Origin: a bacterium
GTDB taxonomy: Bacteria; SM23-31
Assembly (NCBI GenBank): GCA_965249485.1
Contig: OZ252239.1
Location: 2,464,001-2,528,000 of the forward strand
Direction: 5' to 3'
DNA length: 64,000 bases
Shown here: positions 52,189 to 63,451 of the stretch, in pieces
Numbering within the stretch: position 1 is the stretch's first letter
Layout: each line of letters begins with the position of its first letter
Notes under the pieces: model-generated
Databases searched by the model: none
Told to the model about the DNA's origin: nothing
The model's input: the letters and a program-made list of their open reading frames with translations, nothing else
Made by a program: the position numbers and the translations under genes

Positions 52189-53283
52189 ATGGTACGTGCT
52201 GCAGTTTTAAAGGCTCCTCATGAAAATATAGTGGTCATAGATTTTCCTTATCCGGATATGGAAGAGGGTAGTGTTACTCTCCGTATCCTTTATAGTGAAG
52301 TTTGTGGAACAGATGTACATCTTTTTCATGGTAAATTGTCAGGAGTTCCTTATCCAATCATACCTGGCCATGTTAATGTAGGTGTTATTGACAAAATAAA
52401 AGGGAACATTACCGATATTGAGGGACATACCTTTCGTGAAGGAGAAATTGTTTCATTTTACGATGTACATGAAACATGTAATCAATGCTGGTATTGTCAA
52501 ATAAGCAAAGATTCTACCCGATGTCCCAATCGTAAAGTCTACGGGATAACCTACTCAAGTAATGATGGCCTACTCGGTGGCTGGAGTGAATATACTTATC
52601 TCAAGCCGGGAGTCAAGCTGATGCCGCTTGGCGATAAACTCGACCCACTCGTATTCATTGCAGGAGGGTGCGGACTGGTTACTTCGTTTCATGCTGTTGA
52701 ACGGAGTAATATGAAAATTGGTGATACGATTGTGATTCAGGGAACCGGACCAGTTGGATTAAGTGCAATTGCATGGGCACGTACTGCGGGAGCATATAAA
52801 ATCATCTCACTCGGAGCACCAAATATTCGCAATGAAATGGCATTGAGAATGGGTGCAGATACCGTAATTAACATTGATGAGTACAATTCTGAAGAACGGG
52901 TAAAAGAAATTCTTGAACACACTCATGGCCGGGGAGCAGATATAACAATTGAGTGCTCCGGCAATCCACATGCAGTACCGGAAGGCATTGGCATGACGCG
53001 GGATGGTGGTACCTATGTTGTTGTCGGGCAATATACAGATTCCGGCGCTGTTGAGATAAATCCCCACAACGATATCAACAAAAAGCATATTACCATAAAA
53101 GGGTGTTGGGGGTTTGATTTCAGCCACATGTTTAAAGCGGTATCGATGTTAAAAAAATACCATGAAGAGTTTCCTTGGAAAGAGTTCATAACCAAAGTTT
53201 ACAAACTAAATGAAGCGAATAAAGCAATAAATGCTGTTGAAAATCTATCCGTAGTTAAAGCGGTCATACAGCCTACAACATAA
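52189..53283 (+). CDS. Zinc-binding alcohol dehydrogenase family protein
   Basis: CGTDVH, CxxCxxC…C, GTGPVG. Confidence 0.92.
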   Translation: MVRAAVLKAPHENIVVIDFPYPDMEEGSVTLRILYSEVCGTDVHLFHGKLSGVPYPIIPGHVNVGVIDKIKGNITDIEGHTFREGEIVSFYDVHETCNQCWYCQISKDSTRCPNRKVYGITYSSNDGLLGGWSEYTYLKPGVKLMPLGDKLDPLVFIAGGCGLVTSFHAVERSNMKIGDTIVIQGTGPVGLSAIAWARTAGAYKIISLGAPNIRNEMALRMGADTVINIDEYNSEERVKEILEHTHGRGADITIECSGNPHAVPEGIGMTRDGGTYVVVGQYTDSGAVEINPHNDINKKHITIKGCWGFDFSHMFKAVSMLKKYHEEFPWKEFITKVYKLNEANKAINAVENLSVVKAVIQPTT

Positions 53284-53551
53284 AAAAATATTTATATAAA
53301 TAATTTAAGCTATTAGAGTTTTTCTATAGACTTTCATTTTTTATGCAAAATGATAATATTTTTTTCTTAAATTAATTAAATGTTATCATTGAGTTGATAA
53401 CATGATAAATAGTATCATGATTGTGTGAAGATGTACAATATATTCTTTGCACATTGTTGCTAAATTGATTACTTTCAAGAAGTATTTGAGCTAAAGATAC
53501 GAAGTAAATTAATACTTTTCATTTATAAAATAAAAACTGCGAGACATTCGC

Positions 53552-55355
53552 ATGTTCACTTGGGTAGAACGGTTAAATCTTCCAGAATATACGCATGAAA
53601 TGATCCATTATCGCAATGCGATGGTGAAAGAGGTGAATTTCGCCTTTTCCGATCAATACAGTAAACTTCAGGCCAATAAAAATCTCCTGGAGCAATTTGA
53701 ACGATTTAAAGACCATCGTGAAAAAACCGGAAATAGAATTCAAAAAGATTCAAGCAGAAATCGAGTCTGGCTTGATATGCTCATTGATATATTTAAGTCG
53801 ACATTTGATTTTACCGCTGCAGATCTCTTTATAAAGTATTTTAATATTCCAAATGAAGCTGTCAATACTGATTTCTACTTTATTATGAAGGAAGATAATA
53901 GTGTCTTCCATCATTTGATTAAGGATGAGTCATTTAATACAGCCTTTCAATTTCTCCATTTTTTCCCTCCATCTGAAGCTCTGGCTGAGTTTCAGTATCT
54001 TTTGAAGACAGCTATTGACAGAGACAATGAAGATGCGATATACCACCTTGTTGATAATATTTTGCTTGAGCCCTTCAATAATCTGTTGAAAGATGACGAA
54101 ACACGGAATTTGTTAAAAAAAGAGTATGAAATTGCGGAAAAAGAGAAGAGAATTGCGGAAGCCAGAAAAATTGCCCAGGTCTTAAAAGATGCAGATCTTA
54201 CAAAGCGTGTCGATGCTCTTGATGCAATGGTCAAAAACAACTATACTGATGCAATAAACCATCTCAAGGGTATTGCAAATTTTTCAGGTTTTAAACCCAT
54301 TGTGAAGGAGTTTTTTGATAATGCGATTGGAAAAGGTGAACAAACGCAGGACAATGAGCAGTACAAAATCGCTTTTTCATATGCAATATATGGTAAATTA
54401 GACGACGATGACAAAAAATATAGTGAGATTCCTGCCGGAAAACTGTTCGAATATTATGTAACCAAGCCGAATGCAAGCGAAGTTGACTATTATGAAGCAG
54501 AGCATTACAGGGATTCCTGTAATGAAAGCTTTGTTCAAAATGCAGTTGCTAAAAAGATGCTTGAGCTGATACATAACAATGACAGGACTCATGCTAAGAA
54601 ATTAAAGAACAGGTATAAGATTGTTTTTCAGACGGGTGGGTACAAGTTTGAAGAAGATATAAAAAAGTATTATCGTAATCTTACTGAGACGTACGGTTCA
54701 TTTGACGTTCCGAAAGGAGAAGAAAATTTACAGACTGCCCTTGACATAGCGGAGTTTTTTAATTTTCACCCTGAAGAGATCGACAATATAAAATTCCTAT
54801 TGTGTAAATTCTATATTATCAACAAAATTTTCGAAAGTGCAAAAAAGTATTATACCGAGAAAAATCCTGAATTATATGAATTGATATTGAAACAGTTAAA
54901 TTCATTTATTGCAATGCGGGATTATGGTGGTGCATATGGCTTATTTGAAGCAATACCGATTACAATTTCAAAGAAACGATCGCGAGGAAAGACGAAAAGA
55001 TGTCAAGCGGTTCCGTTTGAGTGAAGATGTGACGCTGCGCGAACTTGGGCTTGCTTTGATTCTTGACGACATTTATGAGCTTAAAACTCTGTCGCGTTCG
55101 TATTATCATGATGCGTTTATCAGGGGATTGAATTCCGGACATGATGGAGTTCAGTTTTTAGTCGATCTGAGCAAAACATTCAAAAAGAAGATGGAAGCAT
55201 GTAGTAAAATAAGACTTTCAAATACGATTAAAAAATTAATAGCAGCTGATAAAATGTCTGCAGATATACTTGTCAGAACATATGAAAAGTATATTCATCC
55301 CGATATTTTAGATTATATAGCTTATTTTTTGAAACGTATATTCGGTCTATGCTAG
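53552..55355 (+). CDS. Hypothetical helical protein, frameshifted at ~54975
   Basis: ORF 53552-55024 joins ORF 54909-55355 if one A is removed in tcaaagaaacgat (…ISKNDREERRKD…). Confidence 0.6.
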
Positions 55356-55381
55356 TTGACGAAACTTATGTGAAAAAGAGC

Positions 55382-55410
55382 TTGACTAACTGAGGATAAA
55401 AATGTAACTT
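55382..55410 (+). promoter_or_regulatory. sigma70-type promoter
   Basis: TTGACT-N17-TAACTT. Confidence 0.5.
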
Positions 55411-55447
55411 TTCATCTTTATTCACATAAAATTTTAGACTCTAAGGA

Positions 55448-56671
55448 ATGAACTACATGAGTGAGCAGTCGCAATTGAGTACAGTTATTGTATGGGGTGG
55501 TGCGAATGAAGAAAAAACTACTTCTCCGATACGTTGGACGCATGATTATATTCTTTACGCATCACGGGAAGAAAGACTTTCTATCCTGGATGATCCCGAG
55601 ATTTTGTTGCCTTACATATTTGATGCTGATCTGGATGATATTAGCTCGCAGGAACTGTATGATGGTGTATTTGAATATAAAACAAGTGACTTAGTAGTTG
55701 AACTTGTTACAGGTATACACTACACAGAATACAAATTATATAGTGATAAGGTCGATTTTGATGCGGTTACGCAGCGTTTAAAGAAGGCGGGTGTAAAGTT
55801 CCAGAAACCTGAAATAATCATTGATGTTCCCGGAAGACCTCCTAAAGTTGATGTAGAGATGCTTAACAAACAGAGGTATGACTATCACGAAAACATACAT
55901 GATCGCGATGTTGCAGTGGCAAAAAGTACAACTGTGAAAGCTGCAATTAAAACAGTTGCAGGGTTCACTGTATTTATTGTTATGACTACTTTTCTCGGGA
56001 TAGAAATTTTTGTACCTAAATACCAAGATGTTACGCCGGCAGCTGAAGGCATGTTTATAACTATGAGAGGTAATTATCTTGTATACAATACCAATAACAG
56101 GATGACTGTATATAAATTTGCTGATTTGGTAGAAGAAACTGGGTATGACAGTACATATAAAATGTATGTTTCTGAACTTACAGAAATAACCGACCAGATT
56201 ACGGTGACCCGTATGACAGATGCTAATGATAATGTAGTATATGAACTTGGCAATAGAGCTGTTAGTTATGAACGCAATCCCTCAGACTATGACTTTGTCA
56301 ATGGTAAAACATTTGAATTTAATACCTATGGGTCCAATGATGATAACGATTGGTCTCAATACGGATCTTTAAATGAGGGGAACGCTGACAAAATAGCGTT
56401 GCAGGGAAGAATTGTTGAACGGGAAGGCCAGTATATGATGCTTCTGGGTACAGTCTGGGCAGTTTTAGGCGATATTTCAGAAGAAGAACCGCAATTTTAT
56501 GATTTGTTGAGAGACGATTTAAGTTATGCAACTGTTCAGTACTCTTTAAAAGCTCGAAAAGTTGTCAATTTGTTTGGACAGATAGATAAAACATATACAA
56601 GCCGTGAAGGCAGAAACAGTGTTGATAAGCTTGTCTTTTCATTCAAATCTGAATACGCCCGTAAACGGTAG
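55448..56671 (+). CDS. Hypothetical single-pass membrane protein
   Basis: Long ORF with AAGGA RBS; one central hydrophobic helix. Confidence 0.7.
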   Translation: MNYMSEQSQLSTVIVWGGANEEKTTSPIRWTHDYILYASREERLSILDDPEILLPYIFDADLDDISSQELYDGVFEYKTSDLVVELVTGIHYTEYKLYSDKVDFDAVTQRLKKAGVKFQKPEIIIDVPGRPPKVDVEMLNKQRYDYHENIHDRDVAVAKSTTVKAAIKTVAGFTVFIVMTTFLGIEIFVPKYQDVTPAAEGMFITMRGNYLVYNTNNRMTVYKFADLVEETGYDSTYKMYVSELTEITDQITVTRMTDANDNVVYELGNRAVSYERNPSDYDFVNGKTFEFNTYGSNDDNDWSQYGSLNEGNADKIALQGRIVEREGQYMMLLGTVWAVLGDISEEEPQFYDLLRDDLSYATVQYSLKARKVVNLFGQIDKTYTSREGRNSVDKLVFSFKSEYARKR

Positions 56672-56738
56672 ATATAAGTTACATGACTATGTATCAACTA
56701 TGTGCGTATCAATGCTGTTGAATGAACGCTCGATTATT

Positions 56739-56768
56739 AAGAAACCCTTTTAAGGGTTTCTTTTTTTT
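56739..56768 (+). terminator. Intrinsic terminator
   Basis: AAGAAACCCTT-TT-AAGGGTTTCTT followed by a T-run. Confidence 0.75.
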
Positions 56769-56796
56769 TAAACAAGTTATAAATCGGAATATTTAG

Positions 56797-57526
56797 ATGA
56801 AACTCTGCATATATTGTGTGATGCAAAACTACAGTGGTAAAGAAATTAAGTTGAAAAGCATCGATAATCAAAAAATAATCCTTATTCGCAGCAATGACCT
56901 CAATGCAGCAGTCAGCTATACACGCTTTAAAAAGTTTGACGATACACCTGTGAACCGCATAAAGCATGAACAAATTATTGATGCAGTACGGAAACAGGTG
57001 CCGGTTGTGCCTTTTCCTAATCAGTACTATAGTAGGTGAGACTATTGGAAATGGGATTCTATACAAAAACTATGATCGACTCAAGGAGATGTTGAAGATA
57101 ATTGGGGGGAAAGAGGAATTTGCTGTTTATGTTGACCAGGATACCGATAATAAGATTAAAACATTTTTAAAACTCTCACGTGCTCAAAGTACTGAATCCG
57201 CACAAAGCACTGCAAAAAAGCCATATAATAAAGTGCTCAACATTGCCGCTCATAAAATAGCTTCGCGAATTCACAATCAATTTGAACAATCAGCAGATGC
57301 CTCGATATATGAAAGGAAGACATCCGACACACGACTTATGGAAGGATTGTATCTTGTGTCTCAAGAAAAAACAGACTCCTTTCAGCAAACATTTAAATGG
57401 GTCCAATCATTATATTCTGATTTAGTATTCATATTAAACGGACCCCGAATTCCCTATCACTTTAATACAATAAACTTAGTGGAGCAGAATACAAACTTAT
57501 TTGGAAACAGACATAACGGACAGTAA
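56797..57526 (+). pseudogene. GvpL/GvpF-like protein, frameshifted at ~57013
   Basis: IYCVM, HEQII…VVPF, GKEEF, YLV, NGPRIPYHF resemble GvpF/L motifs; the two ORFs join if one base is removed in ccttttcc. Confidence 0.6.
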
Positions 57527-57628
57527 TTTTCTTTAATCTACAATCTACTTTTTACTTGCGTATACTTGAGACTCTCAGTACATTTTATCTAATTTTGACG
57601 AGAATTGTATATTCCCAAGGAGTAATGT

Positions 57629-58711
57629 GTGTTACGATCTGACAAATATGATCTTGACAGTATATTCAGGCTGCTTGTCTCACTTGTAACGTTAGCCTTT
57701 TTTTTTGTACTGGTATATCACCTTAGGACAATCTTAATTCCTTTTACTATTGCTTTTCTTATCGCCAATATTCTCGATCCTGCTGTAGATTTTTTTGAAG
57801 AGAAAAAAATTCCTCGAATGGTGTCAATATTTATCGTCTTTTTCATGATATCGGGAGCATTATTTCTGCTGTTTTTTGTAGGAATTCCGTATGTCATAAA
57901 GGAATTGAGCCAATTCAGCACAATTTTCCCCCAATATATTTCAAATATCTATCAATATGTCAGCAAATATATAAGTGAAAGCTCCGTACAAAATTACCGA
58001 GAATATTTAGATACGTTAATAACTAATATGCAAACATCGCAAATTGTAGATACTCTTTTAGGCTATGTAACTAACATATTCTCCCAGTTATTAAATTTGG
58101 TTTACGTTCTAGTAGGGTTTGTGATAGTTGTGATGTATGTATTTTTTCTGCTTCGAGACATTGACCGAATGAGATCCCGTTGGTATTATTACATACCGGA
58201 ACAATACCGTGAGCCTGTCAAATTGTTTGTAAAAGATGCATACGGATATACGGCTAGCTTTTTTCGTGGACAATTAACCGTTGTATCAATACTTAGCGTT
58301 CTTTTTGCAATAGGATTTTCCATTGTCGATATAAGATTATCGATTCTAATAGGATTGTCAGCAGGTTTTTTGAATCTAATTCCAAATTTTGGAACGCTGG
58401 TAGCAATTATTCCTGCAGTACTGCTGGCAATTGGACGAGCGCTTGAAGAAGGCGGTGATCCTCTCTTGCGTATCGGTGGAATTCTCATAGTATTTGTTGT
58501 TGTGCAAATCATTCAGGAGATGATTCTAGTCCCGAACATTATGGGTAAAAGAACAGGACTTAGGCCTGCAACTATTCTCATTTCAGTTTTTGTTTGGGGC
58601 AAACTACTGGGTTTTCTTGGTGTGATCCTTGCAATTCCTTTGACATGTTTAGTGAAAGTATATTTTATTAGAATTGTTCTGAATGATGATCCGAAGCTGT
58701 TCGACAGATGA
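57629..58711 (+). CDS. AI-2E family transporter
   Basis: Multi-TM; IPNFG, PNIMG..GLRP, GFLGVILAIP. Confidence 0.9.
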   Translation: MLRSDKYDLDSIFRLLVSLVTLAFFFVLVYHLRTILIPFTIAFLIANILDPAVDFFEEKKIPRMVSIFIVFFMISGALFLLFFVGIPYVIKELSQFSTIFPQYISNIYQYVSKYISESSVQNYREYLDTLITNMQTSQIVDTLLGYVTNIFSQLLNLVYVLVGFVIVVMYVFFLLRDIDRMRSRWYYYIPEQYREPVKLFVKDAYGYTASFFRGQLTVVSILSVLFAIGFSIVDIRLSILIGLSAGFLNLIPNFGTLVAIIPAVLLAIGRALEEGGDPLLRIGGILIVFVVVQIIQEMILVPNIMGKRTGLRPATILISVFVWGKLLGFLGVILAIPLTCLVKVYFIRIVLNDDPKLFDR

Positions 58712-58727
58712 AAGTGAGAATATTGAT

Positions 58728-59471
58728 ATGAGTCTTGAATTCTGTAAAGCGGTTGGAATACTCGGAGGTATGGGGCCGGAAGCAACGTTGGATTTGTTTG
58801 ATCAAATCATAAAATTGACACCTGCAGAAAAAGACCAGGACCATATTCCAATCCTTATCTACAACAATCCCCGCATCCCTGATAGAACTTCCAATATGTT
58901 AGCAAACAATATAAGAGAGTTGAAAATAATAATTGAGGAACTCCAAAACGGTGCCCGTATCCTAGAACAAGGTGGAGCAGATTTTGTATTGATGCCCTGT
59001 AATACGGCACACGAATTTGCAGAGGAAATTCAAGCTGCGATATCCATTCCGTTCATCAACATGATTGAAGTAACCGTTCAGCATATTGCCGATGTATTTC
59101 CAGATACTACAAAAGCTGGGATTCTCGGTACCGACGGTACACTGCAATCATATTTGTATCAGAAATTTCTTGAAGAAAAGAATATAGAGCCTATTATTCC
59201 GGATAATGATATACAAAAAGAGTGCGTTATGAAAGCAATCTATGATATTAAAAGTGGCAAAAAGGATGAGAATACGAAACAGTTATTTTTAAAAGCAAAA
59301 CGTCACCTTGAAAACAAAGCAGCTTCGGTAATAATATTGGGCTGCACAGAATTCCCGCTATTATTTGATGTAAATACACCAAATAACTTAGTGATTAATC
59401 CGACGAAAATTCTTGCCGATCTCGCAATTGAAAAATGTATGAACACGCCCGTGCTTGCCGTTAAAGAATGA
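58728..59471 (+). CDS. Aspartate/amino-acid racemase
   Basis: GILGGMGPEAT, IPDRT, MPCNTAH, ILGCTE. Confidence 0.93.
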   Translation: MSLEFCKAVGILGGMGPEATLDLFDQIIKLTPAEKDQDHIPILIYNNPRIPDRTSNMLANNIRELKIIIEELQNGARILEQGGADFVLMPCNTAHEFAEEIQAAISIPFINMIEVTVQHIADVFPDTTKAGILGTDGTLQSYLYQKFLEEKNIEPIIPDNDIQKECVMKAIYDIKSGKKDENTKQLFLKAKRHLENKAASVIILGCTEFPLLFDVNTPNNLVINPTKILADLAIEKCMNTPVLAVKE

Positions 59472-59475
59472 ATTA

Positions 59476-60291
59476 ATGATGGATGAAAACATGTCACATT
59501 CACAGTCAGAATTTCCGACACAGTTCGATTCATTTTTCTTCAAAAGAGTCTGGTATATTTTTAAGGATTACTGGAAATTTCTGGTTCTGCTTACTTTTGC
59601 CACATCGTTAACAGCAATAGTGTTCGGTTATTTTGCAGAATCGATCATGAGTAGTTTTGTTGATGGTCCATTCGAACCAACTACTGCCGAACCTTCTCAA
59701 GTAGTCGCCTTTGCACTGTCACAATTTGTAGGGATGTTGCTCATCCTCATTCCCAAAGTTTTTTTCTTAGTTGTGTTTATATCTGTATTGCCGAAAATGT
59801 ACGAAAATGAACAATTAGTATTTTCTGAGTCGATAGGGTTGGGATTTACAAAATTGCTCTCGCTTTATATGTATTCTTCTTTTGTGCTGGGATTCATGTT
59901 TCTCGGAATTATGATGTTAGTTATTCCCGGCCTGATTGTGTTAGTCCAGTGCACATTTCTGCAATTTGTCATCGTACTGGAAGGAAATGCAAAAGCAATT
60001 TCCCGCGCATTTCATTTGATATCCGGCAAACAGTGGCAAGTATTTTCAATTTATACAATAAAATTTGGTGTTATGATACTTGTTATGATACCGACATTCG
60101 TGCAGGTAATTGCCAGTGCAAATGGAATTGACCCAGTAACACCTTCCGAAGGTGGTATGAGTTACATTGTAGGTTTTATCCAGGAATTCATCTTGGAGGG
60201 AACGACTTATTTTATAACCGCACTGTTTTTTCAGTTATATATGGTAGCCAGGGTTGAGAATAAAGAAATTGAGATTGTACAGGAAAAGTGA
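59476..60291 (+). CDS. Hypothetical integral membrane protein
   Basis: Multiple hydrophobic helices; LVIPG motif. Confidence 0.7.
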   Translation: MMDENMSHSQSEFPTQFDSFFFKRVWYIFKDYWKFLVLLTFATSLTAIVFGYFAESIMSSFVDGPFEPTTAEPSQVVAFALSQFVGMLLILIPKVFFLVVFISVLPKMYENEQLVFSESIGLGFTKLLSLYMYSSFVLGFMFLGIMMLVIPGLIVLVQCTFLQFVIVLEGNAKAISRAFHLISGKQWQVFSIYTIKFGVMILVMIPTFVQVIASANGIDPVTPSEGGMSYIVGFIQEFILEGTTYFITALFFQLYMVARVENKEIEIVQEK

Positions 60292-60473
60292 TCACTGTTA
60301 GCAGGTTAGTATGTATAAAGAGCAAAAATTTTATTATTTTTTGGGCTGCAAAAGCTAGGAATGGATATATTAAATTTGGAAATAATAGAATTTCAATGTA
60401 TATTTCTTCATTATCATCAATTAATTAATTTAGTTAAAAAGATATTTAAGACATTCTGATAGGAGACATCTCA

Positions 60474-61370
60474 ATGCGTCTTATAACGAGAGGAGATGCC
60501 GATGGGTTGGCTTGCGCTGTATTCATTACCATAATGGAAAAAATTGAGTCTATCAAATTTGTCCATCCGAAAGATATGCAGGATGGTAAAATTGACGTAA
60601 CGCAAAATGACATTATTTGTAATTTGCCATATCATCCAGATTGTTATATGTGGTTTGACCACCACATCTCTGAAGAAGGCCGTGAAGAAAAGGTCAAAAC
60701 AGGTGACTATAAAGGCAAATTTGGAATGGCTCCGAGTGCGGCACGATTAGTATACGAATATTATAATGATCCGAAATTAAAGAAATTTGAAGAGTTCCTT
60801 GTAGTGGTTGATAAACTCGATAGTGCTCAATTGGATGAGAGTGATGTAACCAATCCTCAAGATTGGATGCTCCTTATGATGAGTCTTGATCCTAGGTCAT
60901 CACTTGGTGATTTTGAATACTACTTTTTTGAGCTTATTGATTGGATCAAGAAATTTTCTCTTGAAGAAATCATGAAAAAATCGGAAGCTCAGTTACGATG
61001 CGATTATGTTTTATCTGAGAAGGATAAATTTCAGGAAGCGCTTCAAGAGCATACCAAGTTGGATGGTAATGTTATTGTTATCGATTTTCGGAATCTTGAA
61101 GTAATTCCTATGGGAAACAGGTTCATGGAGTATATTCTTTTCCCTGAAGGGAATATATCGATAAGACTTTTTTGGGGTAAAGATAAAAGTGTAATTATTT
61201 GTGCTGCGGGGCACAGCATATTTAAACGGGATTCAAAAACAAATATCGGTTTGCTATTTAAGAGTTATGGTGGCGGGGGTCATGCAGGAGCCGGCACCTG
61301 TCAGCTTCATGCCGATACAGCCGATGAACAGATTCATGAGATTATTGAACATATGAAGAAAGACGGTTAA
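60474..61370 (+). CDS. DHH-family phosphoesterase (exopolyphosphatase-like)
   Basis: RGDADGL, HPKDMQDG, FDHH, GGGGHAGAGTCQ. Confidence 0.9.
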   Translation: MRLITRGDADGLACAVFITIMEKIESIKFVHPKDMQDGKIDVTQNDIICNLPYHPDCYMWFDHHISEEGREEKVKTGDYKGKFGMAPSAARLVYEYYNDPKLKKFEEFLVVVDKLDSAQLDESDVTNPQDWMLLMMSLDPRSSLGDFEYYFFELIDWIKKFSLEEIMKKSEAQLRCDYVLSEKDKFQEALQEHTKLDGNVIVIDFRNLEVIPMGNRFMEYILFPEGNISIRLFWGKDKSVIICAAGHSIFKRDSKTNIGLLFKSYGGGGHAGAGTCQLHADTADEQIHEIIEHMKKDG

Positions 61371-61391
61371 GAAATAGGAAAAATATCGCTC

Positions 61392-61422
61392 AAAAGCCGG
61401 CATACAAGTATGCCGGCTTTTT
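61392..61422 (+). terminator. Intrinsic (bidirectional-type) terminator
   Basis: AAAAGCCGGCATAC-AA-GTATGCCGGCTTTTT. Confidence 0.88.
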
Positions 61423-61845
61423 ATTTGCATTATTATCTATATATTAACGTGAAATTCGTTTTGTTTTAAAAAATATTATTAGTAGATTCACTCTTTAATT
61501 TTTGAAGTATCTGAGTAAATCTGGTGAGTAAAGAGTTCTGTCTGATGTAATAAAAATTGAGCATTCGAAAAGTTGGGAATATTATCAAGGAAGATATTCC
61601 CTCTTTGTTTTTTCAGAAGTTATATGTGTATAATATTTAAATTTTGATACAAAAAATTATTAATGATGCGAAAAATCTTCCAAATTATTGTAAATAAAAA
61701 TTATTCAGCACATATTGTGTATTGAAGAAGTGGTGGTTGTGGTTAGAATAATTCATGTTGAATATAAGGTAACTAAATAAAAAACAAAAACATACAATAT
61801 GACCATGACGAAAGTCAAATGATATTTTAAAAATTGAAATTGATT

Positions 61846-61861
61846 TGGCACGATTGTAGCA
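61846..61861 (+). promoter_or_regulatory. sigma54 (-24/-12)-like promoter upstream of gdh
   Basis: TGGCACGATTGTAGCA: GG-N10-GC with a perfect TGGCACG. Confidence 0.6.
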
Positions 61862-62014
61862 TCTATCCAAAAAACATATAAAAATCATTAATTAATAAGT
61901 TGGATTACTGCAATCACCATAGTTGAAATTAAATCACTTAATAAAGCAAACACTATTCACAGTTTAGATATATATTAAGCTATAGAATTTTTCACCAAAA
62001 CGGAGGTACATTCA

Positions 62015-63265
62015 ATGTCAGAGTTGAATCCTTTTAAAATTGCACAAGCTCAACTTGATGAAGCTGCGAAGAAACTCGGATTAGATGCTGCAACACATGA
62101 ATTGTTGCGGTGGCCACAGCGTGAATTCAGAGTGACAATTCCTGTTAAAATGGATGATGGATCGATAAAAATATTCCATGGATACAGAGTCCAGTATAAC
62201 AGCAGCAGAGGGCCAACAAAAGGCGGTCTGCGTTGGCATCCTGAAGAAACAATTGACACCGTTCGTGCATTGGCTGCATGGATGACATGGAAATGTTCTG
62301 TGGTTGATATTCCTTTGGGTGGTGCTAAAGGTGGTGTGACCTGTAATCCAAAAGAACTGTCAAGGGGAGAACAGGAACGCCTTGCACGCGGTTATGTACG
62401 TGCTTTAGGAAGTAACTTTGGTGTTCATAAAGATGTTCCTGCACCGGATGTTTATACGAATCCACAAATTATGGCATGGATGATGGATGAGTATGAAAAT
62501 ATCACTCGTGAGAGTCATCCTGGCGTCATTACAGGCAAACCTCTGCCCCTTGGCGGAAGTCAAGGTCGTCACGATGCAACTGCACGCGGTGGTATATATA
62601 CAGTCCGTGAAGCTACACAAAAGCTGAATGTCAATCCGGCAAAAGTAACCTACGCAATTCAGGGTTTCGGAAATGCAGGACAGTATGCTGCAACTCTCCA
62701 TAAAGAAATCCTGAAAGGTGGTAAACTTGTTGCTGTATCAGATTCCCGAGGAGGTGTTTATTGTGCCGGCGGAATAGATCCGGAAGCAATTGTGAAATAC
62801 AAACTTGAAAAAGGTGCTGTCAAAGATTTTCCGGGAACCACACCGATCTCAAATGAAAATCTGCTTGAACTCGATATCGACATTCTGTATCCTTCTGCTC
62901 TTGAAAACGTAATCACCGACAAGAATGTCGCAAATATTAAGGCGAAAATCGTTTGCGAACTTGCAAACGGACCGACAACACCTGAAGCGGATGCAATTCT
63001 TCATAAAAACGGTATTCATGTTATTCCTGACTTCCTTGCGAACGCCGGTGGTGTAACAGTGTCTTATTTTGAGCAAGTCCAGAATACGTATAACTATTAT
63101 TGGACACTCGATGATGTCTACAGACAACTTGATGAAAGAATGACACGCGCCTATAACGATACATATGCTATGCATAAAGAACACAAAGTTCATATGCGGC
63201 TTGCAGCGTATATGCTATCTGTACAGCGTGTTGCTGAAGCATGTAAATTGCGTGGTTGGGTATAG
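62015..63265 (+). CDS. gdhA: Glu/Leu/Phe/Val dehydrogenase (glutamate dehydrogenase)
   Basis: [46 protein letters not shown]. Confidence 0.93.
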   Translation: MSELNPFKIAQAQLDEAAKKLGLDAATHELLRWPQREFRVTIPVKMDDGSIKIFHGYRVQYNSSRGPTKGGLRWHPEETIDTVRALAAWMTWKCSVVDIPLGGAKGGVTCNPKELSRGEQERLARGYVRALGSNFGVHKDVPAPDVYTNPQIMAWMMDEYENITRESHPGVITGKPLPLGGSQGRHDATARGGIYTVREATQKLNVNPAKVTYAIQGFGNAGQYAATLHKEILKGGKLVAVSDSRGGVYCAGGIDPEAIVKYKLEKGAVKDFPGTTPISNENLLELDIDILYPSALENVITDKNVANIKAKIVCELANGPTTPEADAILHKNGIHVIPDFLANAGGVTVSYFEQVQNTYNYYWTLDDVYRQLDERMTRAYNDTYAMHKEHKVHMRLAAYMLSVQRVAEACKLRGWV

Positions 63266-63288
63266 AGTAGCAAATTGTTCATTCATGT

Positions 63289-63320
63289 AAAAAAAGGGGA
63301 ACAATTGTTCTCCTTTTTTT
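63289..63320 (+). terminator. Intrinsic terminator after gdh
   Basis: AAAAAAAGGGGAACA-AT-TGTTCTCCTTTTTTT. Confidence 0.8.
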
Positions 63321-63451
63321 ATTTTAAAAACCTGATGGATATCCTAAATCCATCAGTGAATATCCTTGATTTTACTTTAAAAAATCACTATATATCTCAC
63401 CTCTTAAACCGCATATATCGTAACATTTCACATCTTAGAAAATAGATATCT

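Noticed and set aside
16393..63265. Many short antisense or alternate-frame ORFs overlapping housekeeping genes
   Set aside because: Shadow ORFs of well-supported genes with no recognisable motifs.
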